A DNA stretch of 53,520 nucleotides, the filler included, from Streblomastix strix (taxonomy: Eukaryota): NCBI GenBank assembly GCA_008636045.1. It is 3 parts of 3 records of this genome, joined end to end, with 100 filler letters (N's around TTAATTAATTAA, not from the genome) between each part and the next. Parts side by side here need not be neighbours in the genome. Positions count along the whole stretch, not along the records: positions 1 to 17,779 come from SNRW01000676.1; positions 17,880 to 35,650 come from SNRW01000677.1; 1 more part is not named here. One strand, 5' to 3'. Positions 1-17,880 of the stretch are shown in pieces. The number at the start of each line of letters is the position of its first letter. The stretch's first letter is position 1. The position numbers and the translations under genes were made by a program. The notes under the pieces were generated by a model, which ran no database searches, was not told the DNA's origin, and worked only from the letters and a program-made list of their open reading frames with translations.

Positions 1-136
<136 letters not shown>

Positions 137-442
137 ATATAATCAAATCAAGATGAACAATATATCATTAAATCAAACAATAAATATAAATTCAAGATAA
201 TCAAATTAAAAATCAATAAGAGGTAAAAAAAATAATTTCATATAAATCCACCAAGTTTATCCATATTTAAATAATAAATGAGGTTTTATGAGTATAAATT
301 TAACTATGAAGTCAAAATAATTAAAAGAAGAATTTCCCAATGTCAATAAATTTATTCTTATACTCACTCATGTTTCACCTCATTTCGATTATGAATCAGT
401 ATTTGTGAATCTTAATGGAGAAATAATGAAGTCTAATTATTA

Positions 443-4401
<3,959 letters not shown>

Positions 4402-5159
4402 TGCTAGTCAAAAAATTGATTTCTGCGTCTTTCCAATCACTTATAGCCATTCTAATAATTATTAACTGTTCTTTATATGAAGAATATGTAGAATTAGTAA
4501 AATTCTTAAAAGAATTTTCTAATTTCTAATGAATTTCTTATTTTTAAGTGGAAAATGAAAGATCATTATAAATCGTTTTATTCATTGTGTTAATTTATTA
4601 ATTTTATTGCATTAAACCAGCGTTATAGTAAAATTAATAAATGATTAATATTTAGTAATCAAATAAAATAAACCAAATAAGAATAGTGAATATAAACATC
4701 AATTTGAAACAAGAATTGATATTTTGTTTCAAATTGAAAAAGAGTAAGTAAAACAAAGATAAGAAAATATCAATTCAATAACAAAATGATAATAGTGAAT
4801 AAGTATGTAATGAAGATCAATATATATAAAAAAATAATAAAAACATAAAATCACAAAATAATTAAATTGAATAAAAAATGAAATGAGAAATAAAATAATA
4901 AAACAAATATTTAAAAAAGTGAGAAAAGTAACAAATTTAACAAATAAAATTAAAGCCATTGTTTATAAATTAAAATTATTATTTGTTTAATTAGTAAAGT
5001 AATCATTGTTTCAGTAATTAAAGTAAATAAAAAATATGAAAATTTGTTTTCAGTAAGTCAGAAATGAAGAATATTAAAATAATTGATATAAACTATCAAT
5101 TAAGACGTAATTATTTAAATTAAAACACATTTTTCACTTCTCCAAACAGAAGCGAAAAA

Positions 5160-5560
5160 TCAAAATTCAACCCACAACTGATGATCGATCAAACGCAAGT
5201 ATCCACATTCAGATATGTTCAAATCTATGATGGATATATTAAATAGGTTTGCGAAGTAGCTATTCTTATGCACAATATCACGACTTATCTTCATTGCGAG
5301 TATGAACGAGACAATCAACAACATTCCTATGTTTCTTGCACTAAGTATGTGTACACCCTTCTAATCCTGTTTTAAAATAAGTCTTTATAATAACACCGAT
5401 GCTACAATTCCTTCTTCAATCAATAAGTTCACTTTCCGACGAAGAATATCGAGGACCAGTGCAATGCGTTGAAATGATGCAATATCGCTCGCTCCTGTAT
5501 AATCTATAGCAAATACATGCCCAAATATAAAAAATTAGATGATGGATGAAAATAATAATT
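5160..5560 (-). pseudogene. PHO80/cyclin-U-like cyclin-box fragment; start not found, possibly truncated
   Basis: Translation IVASVLLQRLILKQ..ILSARNIGMLLIVSFILAMKISRDIVHKNSYFANLFNISIIDLNISECGYLRLIDHQLWVEF* matches the PHO80-like pattern (N.hRLL.....lA.K...D....N...A...g.s..elN.lE..fL..ldf.L.V). TGA at 5162-5160; no in-frame ATG seen up to ~5640. Confidence 0.7.
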
Positions 5561-6102
5561 AAAGTTTTAATTTTTAGTTACTCTAACAATTGATCTGATT
5601 ATATTTTTGAATTACTAATAAGATTGAACAAAATAATATTTTAGAAAATAAGAATTTTTACCAAATCTATTAATAAATAAGTACTTGGATTAAGAATACA
5701 CAATATTTATATTTATAAAAAGCTCTTGTTGAGAAAACTTCCAAATGATTTATCTTTAGAATATCTTTAATTTTTTACTAACATATTTAGAATTTTATAA
5801 TAAAGCCCATTTTATGTACTATTTATTTAGATTGTTACAACAATAAATTTATCAAAATATTATAAATTTTTCAATTGAATTTTTTTTATAGAATTGCTAC
5901 TATATTTCTATATGCACTATATATTAATTTATATTATTTTATATTTATATTTATAAAGAGTTATTTATAATCGAATTTTATGATAACACTAATAATTTAT
6001 TTATTAGATATTTAAATATTTTATAAAATTTTTTTTTATATTTTTCTTCTCAATTATTTTTTTCAAAAGCAGTATCATTTCAATAATTTGGAAAAATGCA
6101 AC

Positions 6103-9100
6103 TAGGCATGTCAAAATTGACACAAAAAAGTTGCTCGTGTCTGTCCCTAATATAACATATAAACAAATTATGTCTCTATTAAAAAGATATGTTTCATACT
6201 ATATCAATCTGCAATAATAGATTCACAATTATTAAATTAATGATTATTTATTTCATTTTATTGAAATATATTGTATGATGCAATTCTGTCATAAATGATC
6301 AAATATAGACAAGATAAAAAAATATCAAAATAAAATAATGTAACTTCAAACCTTAAAAACTGGACAAATTTATTAATTTCTTTGAAATATTCCAACAGAG
6401 TAATTAATTATCTTCAATTTAATAATATTTCTAAAGCATTTGAAGTATTAATGATCTAATTCCTGTTTTTTACATGATTTTATCTATAAATAATTATAAA
6501 GAATTAATATTTCGTATTTTATTCACATTAAACAATGTCTATTATTAATTTTAAAATTTTAAAATAAATATAAAAGAAGTTATAAAAAAAATTATAATAA
6601 ATTCATGAAATTCAGTTAATTATCAGAGTATTTTGGTTAAATTAACAAATTTGCAGTAATTTTTCATTTAAATGTAAATATCAAAAGAATAAATATTTAG
6701 AAATTCATTAAAATAAAAATTATTGTTATAAAAATTGATTAATTTTGAAATAGTAATAGGTTTGGATTGAGAAAAAAAGATTTTACAATGAATTTTATTT
6801 TCCTTGGTAAATTATCATCTAATGACATTAATTCAAATGATAATTAAACAACAAATTATTACTGAACTCATTTCTATTTATATAATACCAATATTATATT
6901 TTAATAACTCTGAAATTTTTATAACTCGGATTTTATTGAAATGCCTGTTTAATTTCAATTTGATTTAATAATAATTTTCATTTACAAACATTTTACATTT
7001 AAACAAAATTAAAGAAACTAGATTTTTATAACAGTCCGCTAAATTCGATTTTTCAATAAAAATTTCACTTATTTCACTTTTTTCAAACATTTCTGATATA
7101 TTCATTTAATTTTATTCGTTTTTAAAGTTATAAATATCATTTTACAAAATTTTTATTTTACTCATCAATAAAATTATAGTCACATTTTAGTTTTTTTTCA
7201 TTGATTTTAATTTTAAAATGGATTTTATTCAAAGCTAGCTTAATACTAAAAATTATGTTTATAATTAGATCAAATTATTAATATTCTACCATCATTAGTT
7301 ACAAAATTTAATTTTTGAAATAATTTTCTTTAAAATACGTTGTGAAATATTGTCTTCTATCAATTTTTATTATTTTACTAATTATTCTTAAACTATACTT
7401 TTATTGGGTTGACTTAAATGTGGTATTAAGTAATAATCAGATATTACAATAGATGCATACATTATATATTCATAAATATTTTAAGAAATTAAAGGAAATA
7501 TTATAAAATATTATAAATTTCAATATAAAATTTTTTTTATACAATTTTTTTTGGATTTTTTATTTATTATTTCATATTCTAACTTATTATGTATTTTTTA
7601 TAACATATATAGTTCAAATAAGCCAACGAAGATTACAACTTAGCCTGGAAATCCTAAACCTTCAAGTAGTACTTTTCTTTTATTTTAATTGAATATTACT
7701 AAAATTGCATTTTTTGTTTATTCAATTTTATTTAGAATCAAAAGTAGTTAGACCAATTTATAGACAACAAACTCTTCCATTACCTAAGGCATAATAGCTA
7801 AAGTCAAACACATCAAATGACAATCGTCAAATTACAAGTCTTAGAAACAATACTATAAACGAGCGTAACATAAAGTAAACAAAACCAAAACCAATTCTAG
7901 GCTAGAATATAAATAAAATTACTTGTTCTTAACAAAGTGTTGCTTTCAGTGAATTTTTTACAAATGAACAAATTTAACACATGATAGCTCCTACAAACTC
8001 ATTGCCTCTGAACTTACCAAATCCATTATTTGTAATGTCGCTACCCAATCATTTACGACCAATTTCATCTATACAAGTTTTATAACCTGTTAAATCCAAT
8101 CCAATATCTGAAAACCTTGTAAAGGCATCTTCCAATGAATAATAACCAATTTCTTCCTTAAAATCGTTATTAACAATTACATCATTTCCCAAATCCAATT
8201 TTCCAATAAGTGCAACACCTATTCAATTATAACCATCTTCATCTACAAAATCGTTGTAAACAAGTACGTCCCTTCCAGTATCCAACATACAAACAATGAT
8301 TTCATCTAATCAATTATAACTAATTTCTTCTCCAAAATCATTATAAACAATTGTTTCTCCTCCAGTAGAAGAAATATCGTCAATTAAATAATCTAATACT
8401 TAGAATCTCTCCATCATAAATGACGATCTTACTTCAAATGTTCAGTAAATAAATGAAACCGCAAAACAAATTGCTTCATAAGATTAAATTTAATAATTAA
8501 ATACTAAAGTTGAACCAACAAATTAAGCACCTGGAGCGGAATTAGAAATTTCAGCCCATCCATATAAACCTGATAAAAAGATAATCGTCAAATAATGTAA
8601 GTTTTGTGGTTAGTTCAATTGTTTAATATTTTAATACTTTGATGAAAAGACTAAATAAATATTATATTATAATCACAAACATGTTTTATGTATGGAACAA
8701 GAAGGTACATTATGCTGTAAAAAGGAAAGGAGATATAAACAAAATGAGCTTTTTGTCCACACATGTCCTGTTATGAATTTTAGAGAGATGCAAGGAATGT
8801 TTGTCCGGGAATCTAAAAATTATGATCTATAAATAAATCAGACTTTATTGAAAGCTATTTGCTTAGTCATCGCTGAAACAAGAATCTCATTCCTATCTGC
8901 ATAATCAAAATCAATTCAAGATTTATTAATCGAGGCGATGCTTCTTGCAAGGGCAAAGGAATTTTAGACATGTCAGTCGAAGATCTTCTTCGATGGTTCG
9001 ATCGTAGAAAGTTATCTAAAGAGATAAAGGAAGAGATGCATAAATTATTAGCTGAATGAATAGATTCAATTAAATAATAATATATTTCAATTTGTATTGA

Positions 9101-10901
9101 TGGTGGAAAAATTGCTGGAGAATCACAGTTATTTATCATTATCTGCTAACCTCACATACATGAAAAACCAATCTTGTATCTGATTAAGTCAATCAAAGGA
9201 AATATATAAAGCTTTTAAGAATTAGCTCGCGAGCTTCAAATTCAATTTTGCAAAGATGGTGTCCATCTATCATCATATGTAACAGATGGTTGTTTGGCAT
9301 AAGTTACAGGATTTAGTCTAAAGTCAGACCAGAATTATAGTGTAAATTTTGATGCAACTTCCATTCTTCCATTCCACTCACCTTGCGCTTGTCATCTTAT
9401 CAATTTGGTTGTCAAGCATCTTTCTCGAGATTGTATATTCTTCAGACAAAAAATTGAGTGAGTGAAAGAATTAGTAAATCAATTGAGGAAAAATGAAACA
9501 AAAAGACTGTTAAGCGCTAGATGTCCTGCAGTGATTGAAACACGTTGGTTAATATATGCTGTTGTAATAGACTGGATAATATAATGAGGAGATAAAATAT
9601 TATCAATATTAACGGATGAATATAAATAAATACTATCTGAGCTACATTTTCTATCAGTTATATTAGAGTCACTTAAAGGATTAATCTTGTTCTTTGAGAG
9701 TGACAACGCTTTGGCATCAGATGTATTCATTACAGCATATAAAGTTCTACCGTACAATAACAATTTGTTCAGAAACTTTCTAGAATTTAAAGATGACGAG
9801 TGGACAGAATTGGTCTAGAGACTAGCTTTAGAACTTACTAAACTGCTTTGTTTGAATCAGAACGGAGCATATTTCGCATTAGCATATAGTATCACTCCAT
9901 GTGGCGCATTGAACTTAACAATGTGAGATCTTCTTCTAGGACCTGATTTGCCCGATTGCCCAGAAAAGAAGTAAATGCCATAACTTTATTACTATATCAA
10001 ACCAGCTGAAGATAACATTCTAAGAAAAATTGATGTTAATGATAGAATTTTTGAGTTTAGAAATAACGATGAAACTGATGAAAGCAATGATGATGATGAA
10101 GAAGAAGAAGAAGAGGAGGAGGAGGAGGAGCAAAGGCAGAAATAGGATTAATCTGGAGAGTTCTAACTTTATAAGGATATTGACTTTGATGTTCAGATAG
10201 ATGAAAGTGCAATTAGAATGAAAACAAGAAGTGTTGCTAGTGACTTAATTAATAATTAAATAAATAATTAGTCAAATGAAATGTTAACAATAGATGATGA
10301 AAATTAATTACTATTTCCATTAAATGCATTAAGATAGATTAATGAAGTCGACAAATATGAAACTTGTTTGAATGAGGTATTATAACAAATAAAAATTAAA
10401 AATATTTTAGGTAAATTATAAAAATTTACAGAATTTTCTTATTTTCAAAATTTGTTTAATGGTTATAACTTTTTAAATTAAAATCGAATTATACTCATTT
10501 TAATTTTATATCATCTACGTGATCATACATATATATTCATATAATAAATAACATTTGATTCATTTCGTACCTTTCCCCAGAGACCTCGGATGGTATTAAT
10601 AGACACCATGTATATTTAATTATAATATATTTTTAATATATATGACAACTAAAAATAAACTGTTTTCAAAAAGATAAAAAATATTTACCTTTATAATCAA
10701 ATTCGAAAATAATTTATATTTATCATATCAACTAACTGTAATTAATCACAATTAATATTTATTTAATTAAAATTTTTCTTAAATTAATAGTTTTTAATTA
10801 AATACAATAATGTAAAATTTTAAATAGAGACATGGTGTTTGTCTCTCGATAAGTCCTTTGTCTGTCTCGACACAAGGTTTTTGTCTCCTTTGACATACCT
10901 A
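6103..10901 (+). mobile_element. hAT-superfamily DNA transposon, ~4.8 kb, decayed
   Basis: Left end TAGGCATGTCAAA; reverse complement of right end TAGGTATGTCAAA. TGTCT/AGACA subterminal motifs at both ends and an internal hAT transposase. The 8-bp flanks AATGCAAC and AAAGTAGT match only 4/8. Confidence 0.85.
7613..10410 (+). pseudogene. hAT transposase pseudogene
   Basis: Ser/Pro/Gln-rich N-part, Cys/His cluster (CKFCG..HKHVLC..HTCP), SICIDGGK (first catalytic D), SYVTDG (second D), HSPCACHLINLVV (CxxH) and IETRW (RW motif). Frameshift near 8965-8970; in-frame TGA at 9057, 9459, 9585 and 9924; no C-terminal ERxFS region before the TIR. The 5' exon boundary is approximate. Confidence 0.85.
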
Positions 10902-11574
10902 AAAGTAGTAAATAAAACAAATATAAAATATAATAATTCATTAACAAAGTGATAATTACGAACATTCAATAAATATTTTATATAACTTCTTCATTATCAT
11001 ACTGAAGAAGTTAAATGGTAATACATTTCACAAGATTGGTGAAGATGACTTTGAAACTGGATTGTACAAAAAAATTTACAAAATTTTTGTTAACAGTATA
11101 AGAAGGGGAATATGGATCTGATTTTCATCACGCGTTATGCTACATATTCAGAAAAAGGTTATTTTTTAACAAACAAATTTAATTATTTTTAATATATTTA
11201 TAAATTAAAATTATAGTAATAATTAATAAATAAAATTGACATAAGAATGTTTCAGTTTTTAATGTGAATTAAAACCAGTGAAAAAATTATTATTAGAAAA
11301 CATCGAAATTAAATTTGAAACTTAATAAATTATTTATTTAAAAAAAAAATTATTAATTTTATATTATTTATCAGAAGATTGTAAATTTATTAAAGATATT
11401 TAAATTTTAAATTAATAAAAATTTAAAATTTATACTTAAATTTAATTTATAATTTTATATGTTACTTGAAATTCTGAAATTCGGCTCTCAAATATTCTTT
11501 TCCAATTCTTATATCTCCAATGAGCGACGATAATGATGAACTTTAATAGATTTAAAGTCCTTTGACATGCAGTT

Positions 11575-11880
11575 CAAACTTATTCGGTGGAATAAATACT
11601 CAACAAAACACCAAATTCAAAACAGTACCTAGAAATAATTAAATCATTCAGTGGAGACCAGAAGTTATTTATTCTGATCAAGAAGACTAAAGAAAAACAA
11701 ACAAAAGATACAGTGTCAATCTACATTGGCAGAATGTTTAAGTAGCATCCGATACCTGAAGAAATTAGAGCTGAAATAATTAATCATCTGAAAAGGCTTG
11801 TTGGAAATGATGATAGGAAGGAAAAAGAAGAAGTAATTAAATTACAAAATTTGTAATGTGTTTAGAAATATGAACTAAAT
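11575..11880 (+). pseudogene. fragment of an ARM-like helical-repeat family of the kind expanded in oxymonads
   Basis: KQYLEIIKSFSGDQKLFILIKKTKEKQTKDTVSIYIGRMFKQHPIPEEIRAEIINHLKRLV resembles a recalled family pattern (G..K.F.LF.....KD.AAICIG.LF....I....R.EII.HLK.L). In-frame TGAs lie upstream. Confidence 0.5.
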
Positions 11881-12220
11881 GTTTAAAAATGTGCATATAT
11901 TTAATGTTAAACATTGTTAGTATTTAAGATTTTAGAACTATTTTACAATATTAATTGTTTCATAAAATCTTAAAAATTGTAAAACTATGATGAATTCCGT
12001 ATAATATGTACTGCAAATTAAAAATGAAATAAAAGATTAGAATTATGATATAAACTATGATACGAAAAGTTAGCAAAAAAGTTTAAAGAATCAGGATATT
12101 AAAGAATCAAACAGATATTGTTCAAGGAAACACGTTTTTTTTATTCGGGCAAAATTGGAAATTTTATATATTTGAAAATTACTAATAAAAATAATTTATA
12201 TATTTTTTTGAAATAAAATT

Positions 12221-12700
12221 ATGGATGTTGGTTCTGGACGCAACGATCCATTTAAATTGCCTGAGCTTAGCTTTGAACAATCAGTAGCATAATCTTCTGA
12301 AGCATCTTTCTCTTATAGAAGCCAAACATCGCTGTTCTCAAAATCTACTTCTCCGAATTTATCAAAATCAAACTTATAAATTTTTCAACATGACACACAC
12401 AAAGGAGATGTCGATGCTGCAATCATAGTATAGGACGTCCTTGAAGGATCTATAAATCGCATAGTTGCCAAGAATGAGCTATTAGACATAATTTCCAAAT
12501 ACGACTTAGTTGGATACACCACGAACTCAGAGATCGATTCCATAAGTCCCTTCACAACGCCCTATTGCCCTTCCAAAATAAGGAACTCTTCCAGATTTCA
12601 TGAACCATACACGTGCTATAACACCGTTCCATCCTGTGGAAGACTCCTTAACTATCTAGCTAGTTAGCGACCCTATACAGCAACAGAAATGGAGAGATGA
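12221..12700 (+). CDS. hypothetical protein, 159 aa; possibly the 5' part of a decayed gene
   Basis: ATG 12221 (MDVGSGRNDPFKLPELSFEQ...) to TGA 12698-12700. GC-richer, coding-like sequence continues to ~12990 past further TGAs. Confidence 0.45.
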
Positions 12701-15700
12701 GGCCCATTTAAGGGTCGAATTAATTTCAAAAATACCACATTCTTCAGTATCAAGAGATAAGCACACAGTCGAGAACGAAATATATTTGCATGTAAGTTGA
12801 TCGAGAACAATAGAAGTGCAACAAAATTTGATTTGTCCTGTTGCTCTATATGAGCACGGAGATCCGAAAACTTGAGACTTTCGTATTATTCTTAATTCTA
12901 CTATATTTCGAAAGTCCTCGATCAATTCGTTCAATTAAGAACGTCTTTCTATCGTATTAAACATTCAATGCTGATGTTATAGAATTTCTTCAAGATTAAT
13001 TGAATGAGATTGAATAAATTTTTACTTTATAAAATTATTTTAAAAATTTTATCTAAATTATCAGATAATTATAATATTATTTAAGATATTAAAATTCTAA
13101 ATTAATTATAATTTAATTTTAAAAATACTAAATTATTTAACAAAATATTCTATTAATTGAAGAAATTAGTGCATATCCAAAGGAAATTTACCTTAATATT
13201 TAAATTCATAAATCTTCATAAGAAATTTCAGAAGTTTAATTTAAAAAATTTAAAATAAACTTTTATTATTGATAAGCGATCGATAAATATTATTTGAAAT
13301 AATAAATTTTTAAAGTATTAATTTGAATAGAATTACAATTTTTCTTTATTTTAAATAATTAAATTATGATTTTTAAAAAATTATCTAATTATAAAGGTAA
13401 AATTTGTAACTTGTCAATATGTTAATTGTAGTTTTTATTGAATAAAAATTTTTATTTTAATAATTTAAAAAGCTAAATTAGTGATCTAAAATGGTAATGT
13501 TGACTATATATTCATATAATTACAAAATCACTATTATGTTCCGAATTATTTATTTCAAATTTAAGAAATTTGAACTAAGACTGCAAGTTTCCGATGATTG
13601 ATTTTTGCGGATTCTATGCATACTGTAGCATACTAATTATTGCACGCTACAAACTGTTTGTAACTTTATAATCTTCGGCATTTCAATTTTAAAATCTTAA
13701 TAATTTTATTTAATATTTTTTTTTACTTTATATTTAATTTGACTATAATTTCAAAATATATTTTATTTACTTAGTACCATTTTTATGTTTATAAAAGGTT
13801 TAAAAAATTAATGTTTTAATCTATTACTTTATTTTTCATGGGTTAGGTTTACTTCACGGTTTGACAACAGACTGTACGATTTCTATTCACAAAATTTTTA
13901 TAAATAGTAACAGGCATTATCATTTCTTTTGAATTTTTTACAGTAGTTGTATATAATAAATTGTATGTTTGAATGGTTTATCAACATACTTCCTTAAAAA
14001 TAAATTACTAAATTCTACTTCAAAAACTTGTCTATTTTCCATATATTAATTAATATTTTGAATATTTTTTAAATCCAAATATATAAGTATTTTTATTATT
14101 CTATTGGTTTATAAAATTTTTAACTGATCTTAAAGATGATGCTATTATTTTAAATGCCCTGACTCATCAATTGATTCAATGAATTCTAACTGGTTGAACA
14201 AGATATTCCGTTTATTTTGGAAGATATTAAAGATGAGAATCTTTATATGATTAATTATTAGTATTATACGATAATAATTCATTATCTTTTCTCATTATTG
14301 CTTAATATTTCATCATGTTCTTATACTTTAACTATATTTGATTAATATTTTGAGAATTTAAATTATTTTATTATACTTAGAATTATTTTTGAATTTTTTT
14401 TGTGATTAGAACTGTTCATTGCGTTATTGCGAATATTGTAATTATCTTTTATTATAATATAAATATATGAATTTCAGTTATATTTTGAAGGGTTTTTAAG
14501 TAAATATTGATTTAAATAAACAAATTTGTAAGAAATATTTATTAAAAATTGATGATTTTTTAAATTTTAAATTGAATTAATTTAAAAATTATAATAATTT
14601 AAAAATTATAATAATTTTAAAAGTTTATTTAAATTACTAGGAGATTATAATTTATTTTAGATATTAAAATTCTGAATTAATAAAAATTTAATTAAATTAA
14701 TAAAAAATTATTTAATAAATTTGATTTAAAAAGAAGAAAATAACGCACATTCAAGTATCATTTCATTTTCATATTACATATGCTTTATTTTTTTTTCAAA
14801 CTGGAAGGTTTTAAGATCATTAACTTACCCTAAGCACAACTGCATTTCTATGACACATGAGATGACGCAGATGATCCAGATGTTGACTTGACTGACATAT
14901 TATTCTTAATTATACCTTTAATGCTCTCATATAAATTATGAGATTATTAAAATATGAATTTTAAATAAAGCGTCTATTTCACTTTTCTCAAGGAACACCG
15001 TACTTTTTGCACACTTTTTAAAAATAGATATTTCTCAACTGCCCTACAACCATTTATATTTGTATTGCAAATTTAAATTAATTAGATTTTTACTATTTAA
15101 AATTAATTATAAAAAAATATTAATTTAAGATAATTGCTTATTTTCATTTTTATATAAAAACTAATTATATTCATCAAGCTTATATTAAAATTCATATTTT
15201 ATTTAATTTAATAATTTTTAATGTTTTATTTACATTTTTTTATTTAAAATTTTAAATCATTTTGTCAATATTCTATCGAAGTACGAGACATTTCGTATTT
15301 TTTTTTAAATTTTCGTGTTTCTTATCACTTATCAACCGATTTTTCTCTTTTTGTGAATTTTATTATTTATTTAATTTAAATCCAGTCAACTGGATCTTAA
15401 TTTTCATTATATTTAATTTAAATTCAAATGACCTTTATTTAATTTTAGTTCAAATAAAGTTCAGATGATATTATTTTTTATTCCATTTCCAATCCATTGG
15501 ATCTTGAGTTTCAATTTATTAGTATTCATTTCTTTTCAATATTTGTTTTATTTAAATTTAACGTTCATATATTGGAATTTAAATAAAATTTTATATGAGA
15601 TAAGTTTTAAATTATTTATTAATTAAATTTTTTTCAAAAGTCTATTTAATTATTTCAAATCTTAATTATAATAAAATACTATGAAATAAATGAACAATAA

Positions 15701-16721
15701 TGAAGATTTTTTCTTAAATAAAAAGTAATGAAATAGCGAAAAAATAAAATTATTTGAATTAGAAAAAAAATATAAAATAATTAAAAAGTGCTGTTTATAA
15801 TAATTTATAATAATAATCTTTACTTGAATAAAATATTTTAAAATAATGTGAATTGCATAATGATTTAAATTTAAAATTGCATTATTCTTTTTAATTATTT
15901 TGGAGATTAACTACAATAATTGTGAACTCACTACAGCTCAGTGAATCAGAATTATGGTAAAAATTTAAGTAAAACTTATTATTTGATTAATTTGTCAAAA
16001 TATTGAAAAATAGAGCTAATTGTAATAATACGGCAATTGATAACTTTATAATTGGCAACTTAATATCGGACTATTAATCATTTTCGAATATAAATGAAAA
16101 ATTTAATTCTTTCTCTGAATCGTGTTCAGATCGTTAATTGATAGAATTTGAAAAAAATCTTTTTCATATTCATTTTTAAATTATTCTATTCCATTTTTAC
16201 ATCACTATAAATATTAATTGTGATGATAAATTTTTGAATGAAAATTAAATTTATATTAACAAATTTGAAACAATTAAAATGTTAAATGAAATTGGTATAG
16301 ATTAAATAGATTTTATTTATTGCCAATCATTGTTTAATATATATTCTATGATATTCTTTTCTTTATTCCCAATAGAATCAAATATTCAATAGAATTATGA
16401 TAAAAGTCCTGATTATTATCTTTAAATTATAAGTATAAATTTCATAGAATAATAAACATATCAAAATATTTGACAGAATACAAAATGTAAGATTTTTTTA
16501 AATGTTTGTTTTAAAACTGAGTAATGGAATTAATTTCATTTATCATTTTTCTCACTAAATGAATAGAATAATGTCAAAATTTTACAATAATCATAATATT
16601 TTTAATTTTATGTACAAAATAAAATAATTATTTCAATATTTAATTCCTATACTTTATGAAAAGGATTTCAATTTTGAAAAAATAAAACTTTTTCAACAGC
16701 AGCGTAAATTTCGTTTTGCTA

Positions 16722-17670
16722 TCAACGTTCATCCATTCCCGACGTGTAGTCATATAAATCATTATTTGCCCGGAATTCCACATCACCTTCACGTAGAATT
16801 CCTATTGGTTTGTTCAGTTTGCAGAGCTATTACACACAGAACGAATCATATTCCATAACCAATGTAGCCTTTAATTAAAAATACAATATAAATAGTAAAT
16901 CTTTTAAAATAAATTCTTAAATGAAGCATACAAATAAGCGAATGCGCGCTGGAATGTTAGTAACATATCGGACAATCTAACGACCTTCAACAAAGAATCT
17001 AAGAGTGCGAGGAACTTAAATCATATTAACTTCCATTGCAATATGAGAACCTCTTTCAAATTTATCCTTGTTATCAAAAAGCATCTATCCAATGACCGTT
17101 GATCCAGAGTGTTCCACTGAATTAAGAATACGTTAAATAATCTAATAGATATGAATTAATAGTTAATATATATATACTTTGATTCATATGAAATTCCTCC
17201 TTTGTTTTTTCCTGCTAAAAAACGATGTTGATTCGGTCATTGGTAAATCTGCATCTAAAATTCCAACTCCTGAAATACGGAAGCAAATAATGTATTATTG
17301 ATATTAATAATAATGTAATGTTGTTATTAATATAATAATAATAATTTAAACATACGAAAACTCAGAAAATTTGGTTCAGGCAGCTTAGCATTACTGAAGA
17401 TCATCTCACAGTAAACAATCCCAGCTTCATCAGTGAATTATGGAACTAATCTGTCTTTCTTAACAACTTATTCGTTTATTTTTTCGAGCGCCATTGGTCT
17501 AATTGGTGCGCCAGGAACTGTTATCACTGGATCGAATGGACATCCTGCTGTTTCTGCAACGCACTTTCACAATGTTGCTGTTTCCTAACCGTTATAGTCT
17601 TTCATCTTTCAGGAAAATGGGTCTTAAATGATCAATGAGTGATATTGCATCAGGTGGAATTGGTAATTAA
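16722..17670 (-). pseudogene. SPRY/B30.2-like domain gene, multi-exon, 5' part disrupted and cut by the gap
   Basis: Spliced peptide ...CPFDPVIT...GIVYCEMIF...RVGILDADLP...GISYESK..KFERGSHIAMEVNMIQVPRTLRFFVEGRQIVRYVTNIPARIRLF/ATLVMEYDSFCVQQL...DER*, with GT-AG introns. In-frame TGAs or a frame break lie near 17565-17615. Confidence 0.7.
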
Positions 17671-17779
17671 TCTTGTTGTAAAATAATAATTATCAAGAGA
17701 TGTATAATATTTAATATATAGATATGCATAAAAAATATAATAAATAATACGTTTATTCAGGAGTTATAACGATCTATCT

Positions 17780-17879
17780 NNNNNNNNNNNNNNNNNNNNN
17801 NNNNNNNNNNNNNNNNNNNNNNNTTAATTAATTAANNNNNNNNNNNNNNNNNNNNNNNNNNNNNNNNNNNNNNNNNNNN
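17780..17879. other. assembly gap with artificial TTAATTAATTAA spacer (contig junction)
   Basis: N-run, TTAATTAATTAA at 17824-17835, N-run; 100 nt in total and identical in form to 35651-35750. Confidence 0.95.
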
Positions 17880-17880
17880 T

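Noticed and set aside
9057..9926. TGA reassignment or selenocysteine in the transposase
   Set aside because: The same ORF has a frameshift and a truncation, and intact genes here use TGA only at their ends, so decay is the simpler explanation.
17824..17835. Palindromic TTAATTAATTAA as a biological site (also 35695-35706)
   Set aside because: It is centred in identical 100-nt N-padded blocks, so it is an artificial spacer. Gene neighbourhoods across it are not evidence of linkage.
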